Origin: Candidatus Daviesbacteria bacterium RIFCSPHIGHO2_02_FULL_43_12
Lineage (GTDB): Bacteria; Patescibacteriota; Microgenomatia; Daviesbacterales; UBA10151
Direction of reading: 5' to 3'
Length of the DNA stretch: 64,000 nucleotides
Assembly: GCA_001776775.1 (NCBI GenBank)
Contig: MFDD01000002.1
Location: 37,746 to 101,745, forward strand
Shown here: positions 1-9,612 of the stretch, piece by piece
How positions within the stretch are numbered: position 1 is the first letter of the stretch
How the letters are laid out: each line of letters begins with the position of its first letter
The notes under the pieces: model-generated
Databases searched by the model: none
Seen by the model: only the letters and a program-made list of their open reading frames with translations
Told to the model about the DNA's origin: nothing
Made by a program: the position numbers and the translations under genes

Positions 1-244
1 AGTTAACAGTGATAAACTTTACAAACTGATAAACCTCTCTTCCCCTGGACGACATATACTTCGCCTTGAATTCGAGGACAATAATGCAGAACTTTTTGCA
101 TTTACTTTTGGCTGATCAATATAAAAGCTCCAGATGGAAGATCTTTACCGACCTCTAATTCTAGGGCTTCGGGCAGGCATATTCTCATGTCGCAAAGAAT
201 TAAAGTTTGTGGCCTTTAGTTCTTCTGTTCACTCTTTCTTAAAT

Positions 245-700
245 TCAGACTCCTTGCAAAAAACCTTGACTCTTCGTAGCAGAGTCCTTATTCGCAATTA
301 TTACATCATTTACATCTTCATCGGAGACATTTTTCTCCCAGTCCGACTCTTTTCCTTCAAAATCTAGTATTACCGCACCTGCTTCTTTTACCAGCAAAGC
401 ACCACCTGCGATATCATGGATCGGGCAACCATTAATAATTTCAGCATCGTATCTGCCGGAAGCGACATAACATAGGTCAGTAGCAATGGATCCTGTACAG
501 CGATAAGTTCTCACTTCTCCTGCTAGTAATGAGCAAATCTTTCCATATCTTAGTTTCTCCTGAGCATTTTGGCCGCGATTTAAAGCTACAAATGCTTTAC
601 TTAGATCCACGGTTTGACTTATTTGAATCTTCGTGCCATTTAAGAATGCACCTTTACCTACTTCTGCAGTAAATAACTCATTCAGGATACGTTGAAGCAT
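245..700 (-). pseudogene. Inositol monophosphatase (SuhB-like) C-terminal fragment
   Basis: ELFTAEVGKGAFLNG, GSIATDLCYVASGRYD and HDIAGGALLVKEAGA are IMPase C-half motifs; the N-terminal DPxDGT metal-binding half is absent. Confidence 0.7.
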
Positions 701-824
701 TCCCAGCTTTCGTTATCCAGAAACATTTGCATATTGATATTGGTTTGCAACCAATAGATATCGGTCAGGGTGTACTTATACACTATAGCCCTCCAAAACT
801 AGAAGAATTAAGAATGTGATTTTT

Positions 825-833
825 TGATAGAAT
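825..833 (+). promoter_or_regulatory. Extended -10 promoter (TGaTAGAAT) 6 nt before the REase ATG; leaderless
   Basis: TAGAAT at 828-833, ATG at 840, no SD. Confidence 0.6.
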
Positions 834-839
834 AAAGAT

Positions 840-1478
840 ATGAGTACTTCCCTCTCGCTCGAAGAAACAATTCAGGCACTTGCCACAAAATATGCTGCTG
901 CTTTGAAACAAAAGATAGATGACAGAGTTGAACTTATGAAAGATGATGAAAATAGTCACTATCTGATTTATAGAGTCCTTGGCATCACAGACGAAGAAGG
1001 GGCCTTAATAGATATTTATCAAAACAAGGGTCGATTTTTATATAAATATGCAGGATCTTTTTTAGAAGAAGCTACTCTTTTATGCTTCAAGGAGAAGTTT
1101 CCAGGCTCTAAAGGAAAGACAAGAATTGAAAATAAAATAGGCCAGCGTCCAAAGACCTTTGAAATTGATTGTTTGGTTGAGAATGAAGCATTTGAAATTA
1201 AATGGAAAGATGCCACAACCGATGGAGACCACATTACTAAAGAACACACGAGATTGAGAAGTATCAAAGCTGCTGGTTATACCCCGATAAGGATTATGTT
1301 TTACTATCCCACAAGAGAGCAAGCCATGAGAATACAACAAACATTAAGAACCCTTTATTTAGGAGTAGATGGAAAATACTATTTTGGTGACGAGGCATGG
1401 GAGTATGTAAAAGAGAAAACTGGCGTGGATCTCAAAGGAATATTGACAAGAATAGCAGATAAAAATCAAAACGGGTAA
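840..1478 (+). CDS. ApaLI-like type II restriction endonuclease
   Basis: SHYLIYRVLG, YQNKGRFLYKYAGSFLEEA and EIDCL..EIKWKDATTDGDH (PD-(D/E)xK) match my recollection of the RE_ApaLI family; adjacent MTase. Confidence 0.85.
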   Translation: MSTSLSLEETIQALATKYAAALKQKIDDRVELMKDDENSHYLIYRVLGITDEEGALIDIYQNKGRFLYKYAGSFLEEATLLCFKEKFPGSKGKTRIENKIGQRPKTFEIDCLVENEAFEIKWKDATTDGDHITKEHTRLRSIKAAGYTPIRIMFYYPTREQAMRIQQTLRTLYLGVDGKYYFGDEAWEYVKEKTGVDLKGILTRIADKNQNG

Positions 1479-1480
1479 CT

Positions 1481-2680
1481 ATGCAGATAAATAATGTATA
1501 TCTAGGTGATTGTTTAATAAAATTAAAAAAGGTAGAAGATAAAAGCATTGATTTAATCTATCTCGATCCTCCATTCTTTACAGGTAAAGCTCAGATACAA
1601 AAAACAAGAGATAATTCTAAAGAGTATCTATTCGATGACAAGTGGGAGGATCTCGATCAATATCTAAACTTCTTAAAGACAAGGATTATTGAATGTAAAC
1701 GCACACTTAAAGATACTGGTAGTATCTTTCTACATTGTGATAAGAACGCATCTCATTATATAAGAGTTTTATTAGATGAGGTTTTTGGCCCTGAAAACTT
1801 TGTAAATGAAATTATATGGACATACAAGAGATGGTCTAATGCAAAAAAAGGGCTTCTGAACGCTCACCAGAATATATTTTTCTACTCTAAGACAAAAAAA
1901 TATCAATTTTTTACCCAATTTACAGACTACTCCCCAACTACAAACATAGACCAAATATTACAAGCGAGAGAAAGAAATGAACACAACAAAACAGTCTATA
2001 AAAAAGATGCAAATGGAGAAGTAGTAACTGGTAAAGAAAAAGTGGGGGTACCTCTTTCTGATGTTTGGGACATACCATATCTAAACCCAAAAGCGGAAGA
2101 AAGAGTAGGTTATCCAACTCAAAAACCAGTAATCCTTCTCGAGCGCATTATTACATTAGTGACTAACGAAGGTGATGTGGTATTAGATCCATTTTGCGGA
2201 AGCGGTACAACACTGGTTGCAGCTAGTATAAATAAAAGACAGTATATTGGGATTGATATTTCAGAAGAAGCCACACAACTGTCAAAGAAGCGCATAAAAG
2301 AGGCTAAGATAACCAAATCTCATAGGTTAGAGAAAGGATTGGATTCTTACCTGAATAAGGAAGATTATGTAAGAGAAATATTATCTCAACTTGATGCTGT
2401 AATTGTAGAACGGAATAAGGGAATTGATGGTTTTCTTAAAAAACATATTGACGGAAAACCAGTTGCAATTTATGTACAAAGAAAAAATCAGTCATTAGCA
2501 GATGCTATTACTCTAATAAGAAAGGCTACGCACTCAAAAGGAGTTGGTAAAAAGATTTTAATAAGAACCAATGATGTTGCAGTTTTGTTTGATGAGGATA
2601 CATCAGATAAAGATGACCTTTTAATCATCGAGAGTTTAGATTTTCAAGTCTTTGAAAAATTTACTCGACCTTTAGTTTGA
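1481..2680 (+). CDS. Beta-class N4/N6 DNA methyltransferase with C-terminal extension
   Basis: Motif IV DPPF near N-terminus, YPTQKP, motif I DPFCGSGTT; starts 2 nt after the REase stop. Confidence 0.92.
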   Translation: MQINNVYLGDCLIKLKKVEDKSIDLIYLDPPFFTGKAQIQKTRDNSKEYLFDDKWEDLDQYLNFLKTRIIECKRTLKDTGSIFLHCDKNASHYIRVLLDEVFGPENFVNEIIWTYKRWSNAKKGLLNAHQNIFFYSKTKKYQFFTQFTDYSPTTNIDQILQARERNEHNKTVYKKDANGEVVTGKEKVGVPLSDVWDIPYLNPKAEERVGYPTQKPVILLERIITLVTNEGDVVLDPFCGSGTTLVAASINKRQYIGIDISEEATQLSKKRIKEAKITKSHRLEKGLDSYLNKEDYVREILSQLDAVIVERNKGIDGFLKKHIDGKPVAIYVQRKNQSLADAITLIRKATHSKGVGKKILIRTNDVAVLFDEDTSDKDDLLIIESLDFQVFEKFTRPLV

Positions 2681-2730
2681 TTAAAGAGGAAAACATACCC
2701 TTGGATAACTGTATCCAGTTAAATTAATAA

Positions 2731-3270
2731 CTAAGTCTTTTTTCTTGCACCATAAATGCCGAAAAATATACTCATAACTGCGGTAGAAAAACCTATTCTA
2801 AATAAAAAACTTTCCATTGATTCAAAGGGCACAATTAAACCCCCTGGGACACTTGCTATAACAGCAACACTAGCCCCTCTTAGAACTGGGTTATGATATA
2901 TACCTGAACCTATGCGTTGGGCTAAAGTCGGTGGCCTTAGTAAACTCAATTCCCTTTGATGTCTTAATGCATCAAGATATTTTTGAGTAGTATCCTCTGA
3001 TAATTGACCTAAATGTACTCTGCTTTCTAATAATTTTAATGTTCTATTCAAAGCTTGAGTTGAATGACCTAAATCTTGTGGCTGGGTGGGTGCAACGGGG
3101 GTCTTAACTGCTTTTATTATATCAGTTAATCCATCCATATCTTCGCTAAACTGAGGTAATGCGGCCAAACTGGCAAGAACACCGGCTGCTTTTTGCTCGG
3201 TCGAATAAGGCTGGAGGGGATTTCTTATGTTTTTAGGTAATCGTCTGATTCTTTTTAAAATTTCTGACAT
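2731..3270 (-). CDS. Hypothetical protein with two C-terminal TM helices
   Basis: ORF with hydrophobic C-terminus; TATAAT 8 nt upstream of ATG 3270. Confidence 0.65.
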   Translation of the reverse strand: MSEILKRIRRLPKNIRNPLQPYSTEQKAAGVLASLAALPQFSEDMDGLTDIIKAVKTPVAPTQPQDLGHSTQALNRTLKLLESRVHLGQLSEDTTQKYLDALRHQRELSLLRPPTLAQRIGSGIYHNPVLRGASVAVIASVPGGLIVPFESMESFLFRIGFSTAVMSIFFGIYGARKKT

Positions 3271-3365
3271 AAACAAACATTATACCCAAACCTATAGTAG
3301 TAGTCAAATCTATTTCTAATACTCACAACTTCCACGACCCTGGCTAAATGGGCCGCCTCGACTGC

Positions 3366-3881
3366 TTACTCAACTCCTAAAGCTCTATTCATTCCTTGAG
3401 CTGATCTTAAAGCTCTGTCCTGAACCGGGCTAGCACCTGGTCGATGAGATAGCATACCAAAACAGAGAGCTTCTAACCGCCCAGCTCGCCGATCACAAGC
3501 TATAAAAGGAAGGAAAGAGACGGTCTGCGGTAAGCTGATTATTTGGTAACCACTCTGGTTACCACCCTCTGTAAATACTCTCGGGGAGGCATCTCTTCTA
3601 AGCGTTGTTTCAACTCTCGGGACATTCGAAACCCCCTCACCCGTACTTAATTCTCCTTGTAAAGATATCAGGGCGGTGCCATCAGAATTTACCAGCATTG
3701 GAACAATCCCTCCTGGCATAAAACGCTGAGCTCCCCTTGGTAAGATATTATCCTTCTTACCCATACCAAAAAGCTTTGCCTCTAGTAGACCCATATCGAT
3801 CATCTGCTGCATATCTAAATTCCCCGATTCAAAAGCCTCCAATGGTATGCCTTCTAAATATTCGATCATTACTATCGCCAT
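3366..3881 (-). CDS. Hypothetical protein
   Basis: 171-aa ORF; TATATT 6 nt upstream of ATG. Confidence 0.65.
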   Translation of the reverse strand: MAIVMIEYLEGIPLEAFESGNLDMQQMIDMGLLEAKLFGMGKKDNILPRGAQRFMPGGIVPMLVNSDGTALISLQGELSTGEGVSNVPRVETTLRRDASPRVFTEGGNQSGYQIISLPQTVSFLPFIACDRRAGRLEALCFGMLSHRPGASPVQDRALRSAQGMNRALGVE

Positions 3882-3985
3882 ATGGAGAATATATCTTAGC
3901 CCTTACTTAAAAGCAAGGAGATCTTATTGCTTGCTTATAGTCCCATAGTGTGATATACTACTCGCCTATAGTTTCTCTATAGGAT

Positions 3986-4645
3986 ATGTTAGACTCAATT
4001 GCCAGTACTATTTTATTCGGATTTTTACAACTTGGAAAGCCTAGCTTCGAGGTTCGACCTACTGTTTTGTCTTCCCACCAGATGTCTCTGGACAATCGAT
4101 ACCCGGTCGAAAGTGTTAATGAGGTCTTTAAAGACAATATTTTACTGACTTTAAATTATATGAATAACTCAGTACCTACCAAATCAGAATCAGCTGATAA
4201 AGGCTTGATAGACTGGGAAAAAGTTAAGACCAGTGGACAATATGAGCTTACTCTCGCTCCTAATGAAACATTTGCTTTCCACGATAATCTGTTGCCTCAA
4301 TTTGTCGGCAAGGTTAGCAAGACAACCAATGCCCACTTTAACGGTAGCGAAAAATTTAAGTCAGATGGCTATTTAATGGGAGATGGTGTTTGTCATTTAG
4401 CCTCAATTTTAAAGTGGGCCGCCGCAGATGCAGGTCTGGATGTACTAGCCCCGACCAGGCATGATTTTGCTAATATTCCTGAAGTTCCCAGGGATCAAGG
4501 GGTATCGATCTATAGTATGCCTGGTCAAGGTGGAAACAGTGCCCTGCAGAACCTTTATATTACAAATAATAAAGACAAAACAATCAGGTTTATCTTTGAT
4601 TACAAAGATAGCGTGTTAACTGTCTCTACGGTTGAATTGTCTTAA
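3986..4645 (+). CDS. VanW-like family protein
   Basis: GDGVCHLAS (GGGxCQxS-like), AGLDVLAPTRH, NLYITNN. Confidence 0.75.
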   Translation: MLDSIASTILFGFLQLGKPSFEVRPTVLSSHQMSLDNRYPVESVNEVFKDNILLTLNYMNNSVPTKSESADKGLIDWEKVKTSGQYELTLAPNETFAFHDNLLPQFVGKVSKTTNAHFNGSEKFKSDGYLMGDGVCHLASILKWAAADAGLDVLAPTRHDFANIPEVPRDQGVSIYSMPGQGGNSALQNLYITNNKDKTIRFIFDYKDSVLTVSTVELS

Positions 4646-5270
4646 TTTTAAGACTATTAAAGGCCTTTGTAGCCAATTTATCTTCCGGCTTGGTAAACCT
4701 TCGAATCAAATACATTTTGTTCTCTGCTGAGATATAAGTATAAACAGGAGATTTATCCTGGTAGGAAACTACATTACCGGCAGTAAGATGGCCACTAACG
4801 GAAGCTTCCAGCTTTGGTTCGACTTCGCTCTTGCGATCTGAACTAAACTCACCCCACATAAATGGATAGTACCAATATTTCTTGTACCAATTATCAATAG
4901 AGATGTTTTCAGGATTATCAAATTCCCAGATGGTCAGAGGAGCGTCATCAATGCTGCCTTTATTTGTTAAGGCAACCGCCGCCACAAACATTGGAGGCTC
5001 ATATCTTACATATCCGGTAAAATTCTTGCGGAAATCCCCATTTCCCCGGATTGAATAAGCCTGCTCTGTGTCTTCTGTTACTTGGTAGGCCGGATCATAG
5101 TCAAAGGAAATCCCCATTTGATCGCTGTTGTAAGTTTGAAACTTGGGACCGGAATTATTAATTGTTGAGCTGTTAAGAATAGGTGAGCTTGGCGGCTGGC
5201 TGAATATCTTAAAAATAAATATCCCGGTCAAGGCTACAACAACAATAGCAATAAGTACTTTAGGCAGCAT
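4626..5270 (-). CDS. Secreted/membrane-anchored hypothetical protein (PsbP-like start)
   Basis: N-terminal TM, then FQTYNSDQMGISFDYD. Confidence 0.65.
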   Translation of the reverse strand: MLPKVLIAIVVVALTGIFIFKIFSQPPSSPILNSSTINNSGPKFQTYNSDQMGISFDYDPAYQVTEDTEQAYSIRGNGDFRKNFTGYVRYEPPMFVAAVALTNKGSIDDAPLTIWEFDNPENISIDNWYKKYWYYPFMWGEFSSDRKSEVEPKLEASVSGHLTAGNVVSYQDKSPVYTYISAENKMYLIRRFTKPEDKLATKAFNSLKIKTIQP

Positions 5271-5650
5271 TAAAGGTTAGAAAGGTCTTGGTCGATGGTA
5301 GAGAAGTCTTGGATAGAGGTATCGTTCTCGATAGAATTAAGGTCGGATTGATCTTGGGCTGCTTGTTGAGAGGGGTTGAGAGAAGGACTTGGGGAAGCTG
5401 TCACTGATTGGGTGGAGGCATAAGGCTGCTGTGAGGCAACCGGAGCCTTCACTATCTGGTTAGTATTGAATAAAAAATACGCTCCAGCTCCGAGCATGGC
5501 CAGAATTAAAAGAATAAGTAGCATATAAACCAAAGATCTTCCCTTCCCCCCGCTATTTACAGCCACTAAATCAGGTTTAGTCATTGGAGTAGGTGACTGA
5601 TTGGAGCTTGGGCTTATTTCAGCTTGAACTTTTGTTTCCTGAGATTCCAT
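5270..5650 (-). CDS. Single-pass membrane protein, low complexity
   Basis: Central TM with S/P/Q-rich flanks; coupled to neighbours. Confidence 0.7.
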   Translation of the reverse strand: MESQETKVQAEISPSSNQSPTPMTKPDLVAVNSGGKGRSLVYMLLILLILAMLGAGAYFLFNTNQIVKAPVASQQPYASTQSVTASPSPSLNPSQQAAQDQSDLNSIENDTSIQDFSTIDQDLSNL

Positions 5651-5653
5651 ATT

Positions 5654-6253
5654 TTATTTTTTACTTGCTACAGTTGTATAAATATTCCTGATTGCATCGC
5701 GTACACTCAAGACAGCCTGGAAGGTAGCCTTTAAGTCTTTGAATAAACTATTCCGAGCTGACTTAGCATCTGCTCTGACGGTTGTTTCGGTAGAGTCTAC
5801 TATTGAATATGATTTGGCTTGCTGCGTGGCCACTGCTGCTTTAGCTGAATCTAGTGCAGTTTGAGCCTTAGAGATCGCCTCATTGACTAAAGTTGATGAT
5901 ACTGTAGAATCTTTAGCTCTTTCGGAAACCCGACCCAGGATTTCTGTTAGTTTATCCAGCTGGTGAGACAATTCTGTGGTTTTACGCTGATTGATATTAG
6001 CTAGTTCTGCATTGATCCGCTCAGCTGCCTGAGCCTTTTTTTGGTCTTTAAACTTGTTAAAGTTGGCTTCTCTGGAGGCGATCCTCTCCATTTTATCCTC
6101 TACCTTTTGCTTGGCTGTTTCTAGCCTTGTTTTAAGAGCTTCTGCTCTTTCGAGAGGGGTTTTTGAAGTAGTGGTTGTTGTTTGGGCCAAAACTACAGAA
6201 GTAGTAACCGTAAAAAACAGGATTGCTAAAGCAGCAGACAGCAACTTGTTCAT
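5654..6253 (-). CDS. Secreted coiled-coil protein
   Basis: Signal peptide (VLA-Q), A/K/E-rich helical body. Confidence 0.75.
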   Translation of the reverse strand: MNKLLSAALAILFFTVTTSVVLAQTTTTTSKTPLERAEALKTRLETAKQKVEDKMERIASREANFNKFKDQKKAQAAERINAELANINQRKTTELSHQLDKLTEILGRVSERAKDSTVSSTLVNEAISKAQTALDSAKAAVATQQAKSYSIVDSTETTVRADAKSARNSLFKDLKATFQAVLSVRDAIRNIYTTVASKK

Positions 6254-6282
6254 TAACTAACTTTAACAGCCTCCACCAATCT

Positions 6283-6311
6283 TTGTCAAATAATCCAAAA
6301 ATTGATACAAT
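6283..6311 (+). promoter_or_regulatory. Sigma70-type promoter of tRNA-Arg
   Basis: TTGTCA-17 nt-TACAAT. Confidence 0.7.
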
Positions 6312-6340
6312 TCCTCCAGGCAATTTGGTTTGCCGAGACA

Positions 6341-6413
6341 GCCCCCATAGCTCAGTGGATAGAGCACATCGGTTCTAACGATTAGGTCGGAGGTTCAAAT
6401 CCCCCTGGGGGCA
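6341..6413 (+). tRNA. tRNA-Arg(TCT)
   Basis: GCCCCCA/TGGGGGC acceptor, D arm GCTC..GAGC with A20, loop GTTCTAA, T loop TTCAAAT; CCA not encoded. Confidence 0.9.
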
Positions 6414-6470
6414 CTATAGAGGATTTTCGGGATTGTTTCTTTTGCTTTTTCCTCATTAGTCATATTTAAC

Positions 6471-7214
6471 TTAGGTCTTACTAAGTACTACAATAAACAT
6501 TTCGGATTTACCATCATCTTGATAATAAGCTCCGACCTTATATCTACCAGAATCTACGTCCATTTTAGTTGATGTGTCATGTTCGGAGTTGTACATATCT
6601 GATACACAAATTACTCCACTTGGAGTCTCAAGTTCAGCTTCGGAAGACATAACAACCTTTTTGTATTCTTCTTTTTTAAGTACGGGAGACTGACCGTCAA
6701 CTAAACGTAAGACCACTCTATAAGTTCCGTCTGCTCCTGGATTCATAAATAGTCCAATTCCTTTTTCGGTTAGTTCTTTTAGACCATTTTCGGTAATTTC
6801 AGGCCAAATACTAAAATCTGGAAGTGCAGAAGGATCTCCTATAAAAACAGTTCCACTTTCTATGGATACATTTCCTTTGTCTTCCTTCAAGATTTGTATA
6901 TTCCCAGCATCTGATGCATCTAGCCATCTGGAAGTTATAAAAGAGAGGCTTCGATTTGTGTTCTCGGAAGGGTGGATAAGAGATTCCTCTCTAAGGATAT
7001 TGATGTAGAAAGAAAGTTTGTCTAAATTTGCCTCCCCGTTTTCTGCCGCCCAACGCGCATAATGCCCAGCTTTGTCTATTAGCTTCCACTTGGATCGAAT
7101 ATCGCTTTCGTGCTGGTACTTAACCCAATAGGTTTTTGCCAGGAATTCAAGCTCATCTAGCGTAACTGCTTTTGGCTGGGAAAATGTTTTCTTTTCTATC
7201 TCACTTAGATCCAT
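6471..7214 (-). CDS. Hypothetical protein (helical N-terminus, duplicated beta motif C-terminus)
   Basis: 247-aa ORF; SGTVFIGDP / SGVICVSD internal repeat; TGcTATAAT 6 nt before ATG. Confidence 0.75.
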   Translation of the reverse strand: MDLSEIEKKTFSQPKAVTLDELEFLAKTYWVKYQHESDIRSKWKLIDKAGHYARWAAENGEANLDKLSFYINILREESLIHPSENTNRSLSFITSRWLDASDAGNIQILKEDKGNVSIESGTVFIGDPSALPDFSIWPEITENGLKELTEKGIGLFMNPGADGTYRVVLRLVDGQSPVLKKEEYKKVVMSSEAELETPSGVICVSDMYNSEHDTSTKMDVDSGRYKVGAYYQDDGKSEMFIVVLSKT

Positions 7215-7290
7215 ACCTGGATTATAGCAAAAAATCTACATCATGCTAAATAGGTTCCAACTTCGTCCCAGATGGGGACACGTCCTATAG

Positions 7291-7319
7291 TTGCACAATG
7301 CACTGGGCTGATTTATAAT
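7291..7319 (+). promoter_or_regulatory. Sigma70 promoter, leaderless
   Basis: TTGCAC-17 nt-TATAAT, ATG 6 nt downstream. Confidence 0.65.
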
Positions 7320-7325
7320 TAGTCC

Positions 7326-7943
7326 ATGCAAAGAAGTCGCCTCCTCGAATATGGAATTGTATCTGGTGCAGCTATTATTGCTACAGCTGGCTTATTTAGA
7401 AGCTGTGAACCTGCCCCTCCTCCTCAAGAGGCGGTAAGAAAAACATTCGCAGAACACCTCAGTCATACTGTCAGAGCTGGACAGGAAATCACTATTTTAC
7501 AAGCCGGTATCATTATAAGAGAAGGCGTGCATCGAAGAGCTGCCCCAATTAACGACGGCACCGGTGTAGATTCTGTCTCTGATTGGTACTCTCGAGCTTT
7601 GCAAGTAATACTAAATCCTCTATATCTTCCCAAGTCAGTTGCCAGAAGCCTTTACCCTGGTCGCTGGCAGCAGGAAGAGCTTGACTGGTTAGTCTGGTTT
7701 AAAGATAAACGAAGCTTAGCTGGAAGCGAAGATCCTACCTGTATTGGCATACAAAGAGACATTATCCCCTATCTTTCGCTATATCAACCTAGTCGTTTTG
7801 GTAGAGTAGTTGGTGACTTGACCCTTGCAGATATCGATTCCCTAAAAAGAGAAGTGACACTTCTACCTGAAACAAGAAGTCCCCGCAGTGCGATGTATTT
7901 AGATCCGGAGGGAAATAGAACTAGAGTCATGCGCCAAATCTAA
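7326..7943 (+). CDS. Hypothetical protein with N-terminal TM
   Basis: 205-aa ORF, hydrophobic N-terminal segment. Confidence 0.7.
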   Translation: MQRSRLLEYGIVSGAAIIATAGLFRSCEPAPPPQEAVRKTFAEHLSHTVRAGQEITILQAGIIIREGVHRRAAPINDGTGVDSVSDWYSRALQVILNPLYLPKSVARSLYPGRWQQEELDWLVWFKDKRSLAGSEDPTCIGIQRDIIPYLSLYQPSRFGRVVGDLTLADIDSLKREVTLLPETRSPRSAMYLDPEGNRTRVMRQI

Positions 7944-7951
7944 TATCAGCC

Positions 7952-8740
7952 ATGCTTGACGAAAGACACAGAATTTCTCTTGGCAGAGTAGATTTTAAAG
8001 GCGGATATCTTCTGGTACCTAGCCAAAATCAACCGAGTGGAATCACCGGCGAAGTTGCTACTATTCGGGAAAGAGTTGAAAGAAGAGGGCTCTCTTGGAT
8101 GAGTCACGTTGGGATAAAACCGGGCTGTAGCAGAGTGATGCAAGAGTTTTCGCTCGGAGGGAGCTCTAGGTATATTGCCAAGCATCAACCAACTACCCGG
8201 TACTCAAGAATTATAGACGAGCTCCAAGCTGCCTCTTTTATCCAATCATTATTACCCGAGCTTCAAAAAAGTAAGACTATTCACCAGCATAGACTTGGAG
8301 AGCTTAGGGTTGAGTTAGCCGCAGAACAACCCGTAGCTGGAATTGTACTTTATGATGCTAATCAAGATAAAGTACAGCAAGCAGCTTCGGTTTTTAGGTG
8401 GGTACCTGGTATTGGTGGACACGAGAGTGAAGTGATGAGCCAAACAGCAAGTATTTTTGGAATTCCAGTTAGAGACTTAGACCCCTTTTTGCGCCAGGTT
8501 GTAAAGCTAGCTTTTGAATATTTTAGAGCAAACGGGCTTACCTGGTCCGATGCCAGACAGGCACAGACTATTATCAATAGAGTTTTTGATCCACAGGACC
8601 GCCTGACCCTCCTCCGAGTCACTCTAGTTGATTTTGAATCATGTTTATTTTCTCCCCGAAGACAAACAATTTTTCACTCTTTGTTTGGGCTGCTAGAGGA
8701 TAGATTTGTCAGAAATCTTACTTTAGACCAAAGGTGGTAA
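7952..8740 (+). CDS. Divergent protein-kinase-like fold protein
   Basis: YIAKH (VAxK-like), DELQ helix, GLTWSDARQAQTII (HxD-loop-like), VTLVDFE (DFG-like). Confidence 0.5.
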   Translation: MLDERHRISLGRVDFKGGYLLVPSQNQPSGITGEVATIRERVERRGLSWMSHVGIKPGCSRVMQEFSLGGSSRYIAKHQPTTRYSRIIDELQAASFIQSLLPELQKSKTIHQHRLGELRVELAAEQPVAGIVLYDANQDKVQQAASVFRWVPGIGGHESEVMSQTASIFGIPVRDLDPFLRQVVKLAFEYFRANGLTWSDARQAQTIINRVFDPQDRLTLLRVTLVDFESCLFSPRRQTIFHSLFGLLEDRFVRNLTLDQRW

Positions 8741-8760
8741 ATATAAAGTAAAAAAACGAC

Positions 8761-9612
8761 TTAACTCACCAGAATTAAACCAATAAAACTAAGTAACGCA
8801 CCGAGAAGCTTTCGTTTTAAAAAGGATGTCTCCTTGAGAAAAATAATCGATAACAGTGCTGTTAATATAACTGATGTCGTGTTGATTGTCGTAGCCTGAG
8901 GAAGGTTAGTAGTTCGCTGTAAGGCTGTATAGTAAGTTATAGCACCTGCTGCAAAGAAGCTACAAAAGAATAGAGTCTTCAGCAACGTCCTTTTGCCTAA
9001 GAAATACTTGATATGCACAACTTCTTTTGGTCTTGCCAGGACTATTAATAAAGCAGGTAATAAAAAGGCCAAAGTTACAAAAGGATATACAGGGAGAGAG
9101 CTTACCAATATTTTGTCATTCACTACTGCTATTCCAGCTAATGCCGCTGCTATCAGAGTATAAATATCCCCTCGTTCTAGTTTAAATCTCTCTTGGTGGA
9201 TAGTCACCAAAACAGCACTGACTAAAATAAGCAGGGCGCCTACCCCTTGCCTCAGACCAAGGTTTTGCTGAAGAAAGATAGAGGAACAGACAACCGCTAC
9301 TATCGTACGGGAAGTAAAAAGAATTGAGTATTTTGAAGCCTCTGTTTCTTTGAGAGCTTTAAAGGAGAAGATGCTAGCTAAAGCATAAAGAACAGCTAGT
9401 AAGATTAGGCGAGGAGACATCGGTATCAAATTAGGCAGTGACATATCTGTAAATAAAAATCCAAACAGTCCAACCATTCCGGCTACAACTAACTGAAATA
9501 AAATACTAAAGGCTATCGGAGAACTTCTATTTTCCCTGAGAATTATTCTCTGGAGTATTGTGGATAAGGACACAAAGAGTACACTAAGCAACATAAATAC
9601 CTGCCAGCTCAT
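8761..9612 (-). CDS. EamA/DMT family transporter
   Basis: About 10 TM in two EamA repeats; ALKETEAS, IIFLKE. Confidence 0.9.
   Translation of the reverse strand: MSWQVFMLLSVLFVSLSTILQRIILRENRSSPIAFSILFQLVVAGMVGLFGFLFTDMSLPNLIPMSPRLILLAVLYALASIFSFKALKETEASKYSILFTSRTIVAVVCSSIFLQQNLGLRQGVGALLILVSAVLVTIHQERFKLERGDIYTLIAAALAGIAVVNDKILVSSLPVYPFVTLAFLLPALLIVLARPKEVVHIKYFLGKRTLLKTLFFCSFFAAGAITYYTALQRTTNLPQATTINTTSVILTALLSIIFLKETSFLKRKLLGALLSFIGLILVS

Noticed and set aside
1-240. Possible partial gene at the left edge
   Set aside because: Only short open frames without recognisable motifs
3986-4645. VanW as a vancomycin resistance locus
   Set aside because: No vanHAX/vanRS; VanW-like domains are widespread
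6367-6383. Reading the tRNA loop as CTA (amber suppressor)
   Set aside because: Stem pairing centres the 7-nt loop on TCT, and the A20 Arg identity element is present
6426-6440. TTCGGG-attgt-TTCT as another LexA box
   Set aside because: Second half-site deviates and it lies between convergent 3' ends, not at a promoter
7252-7282. ggttccaac...ggggacac as an att duplicate of the tRNA-Arg 3' end
   Set aside because: Similarity is weak and gapped; no integrase nearby
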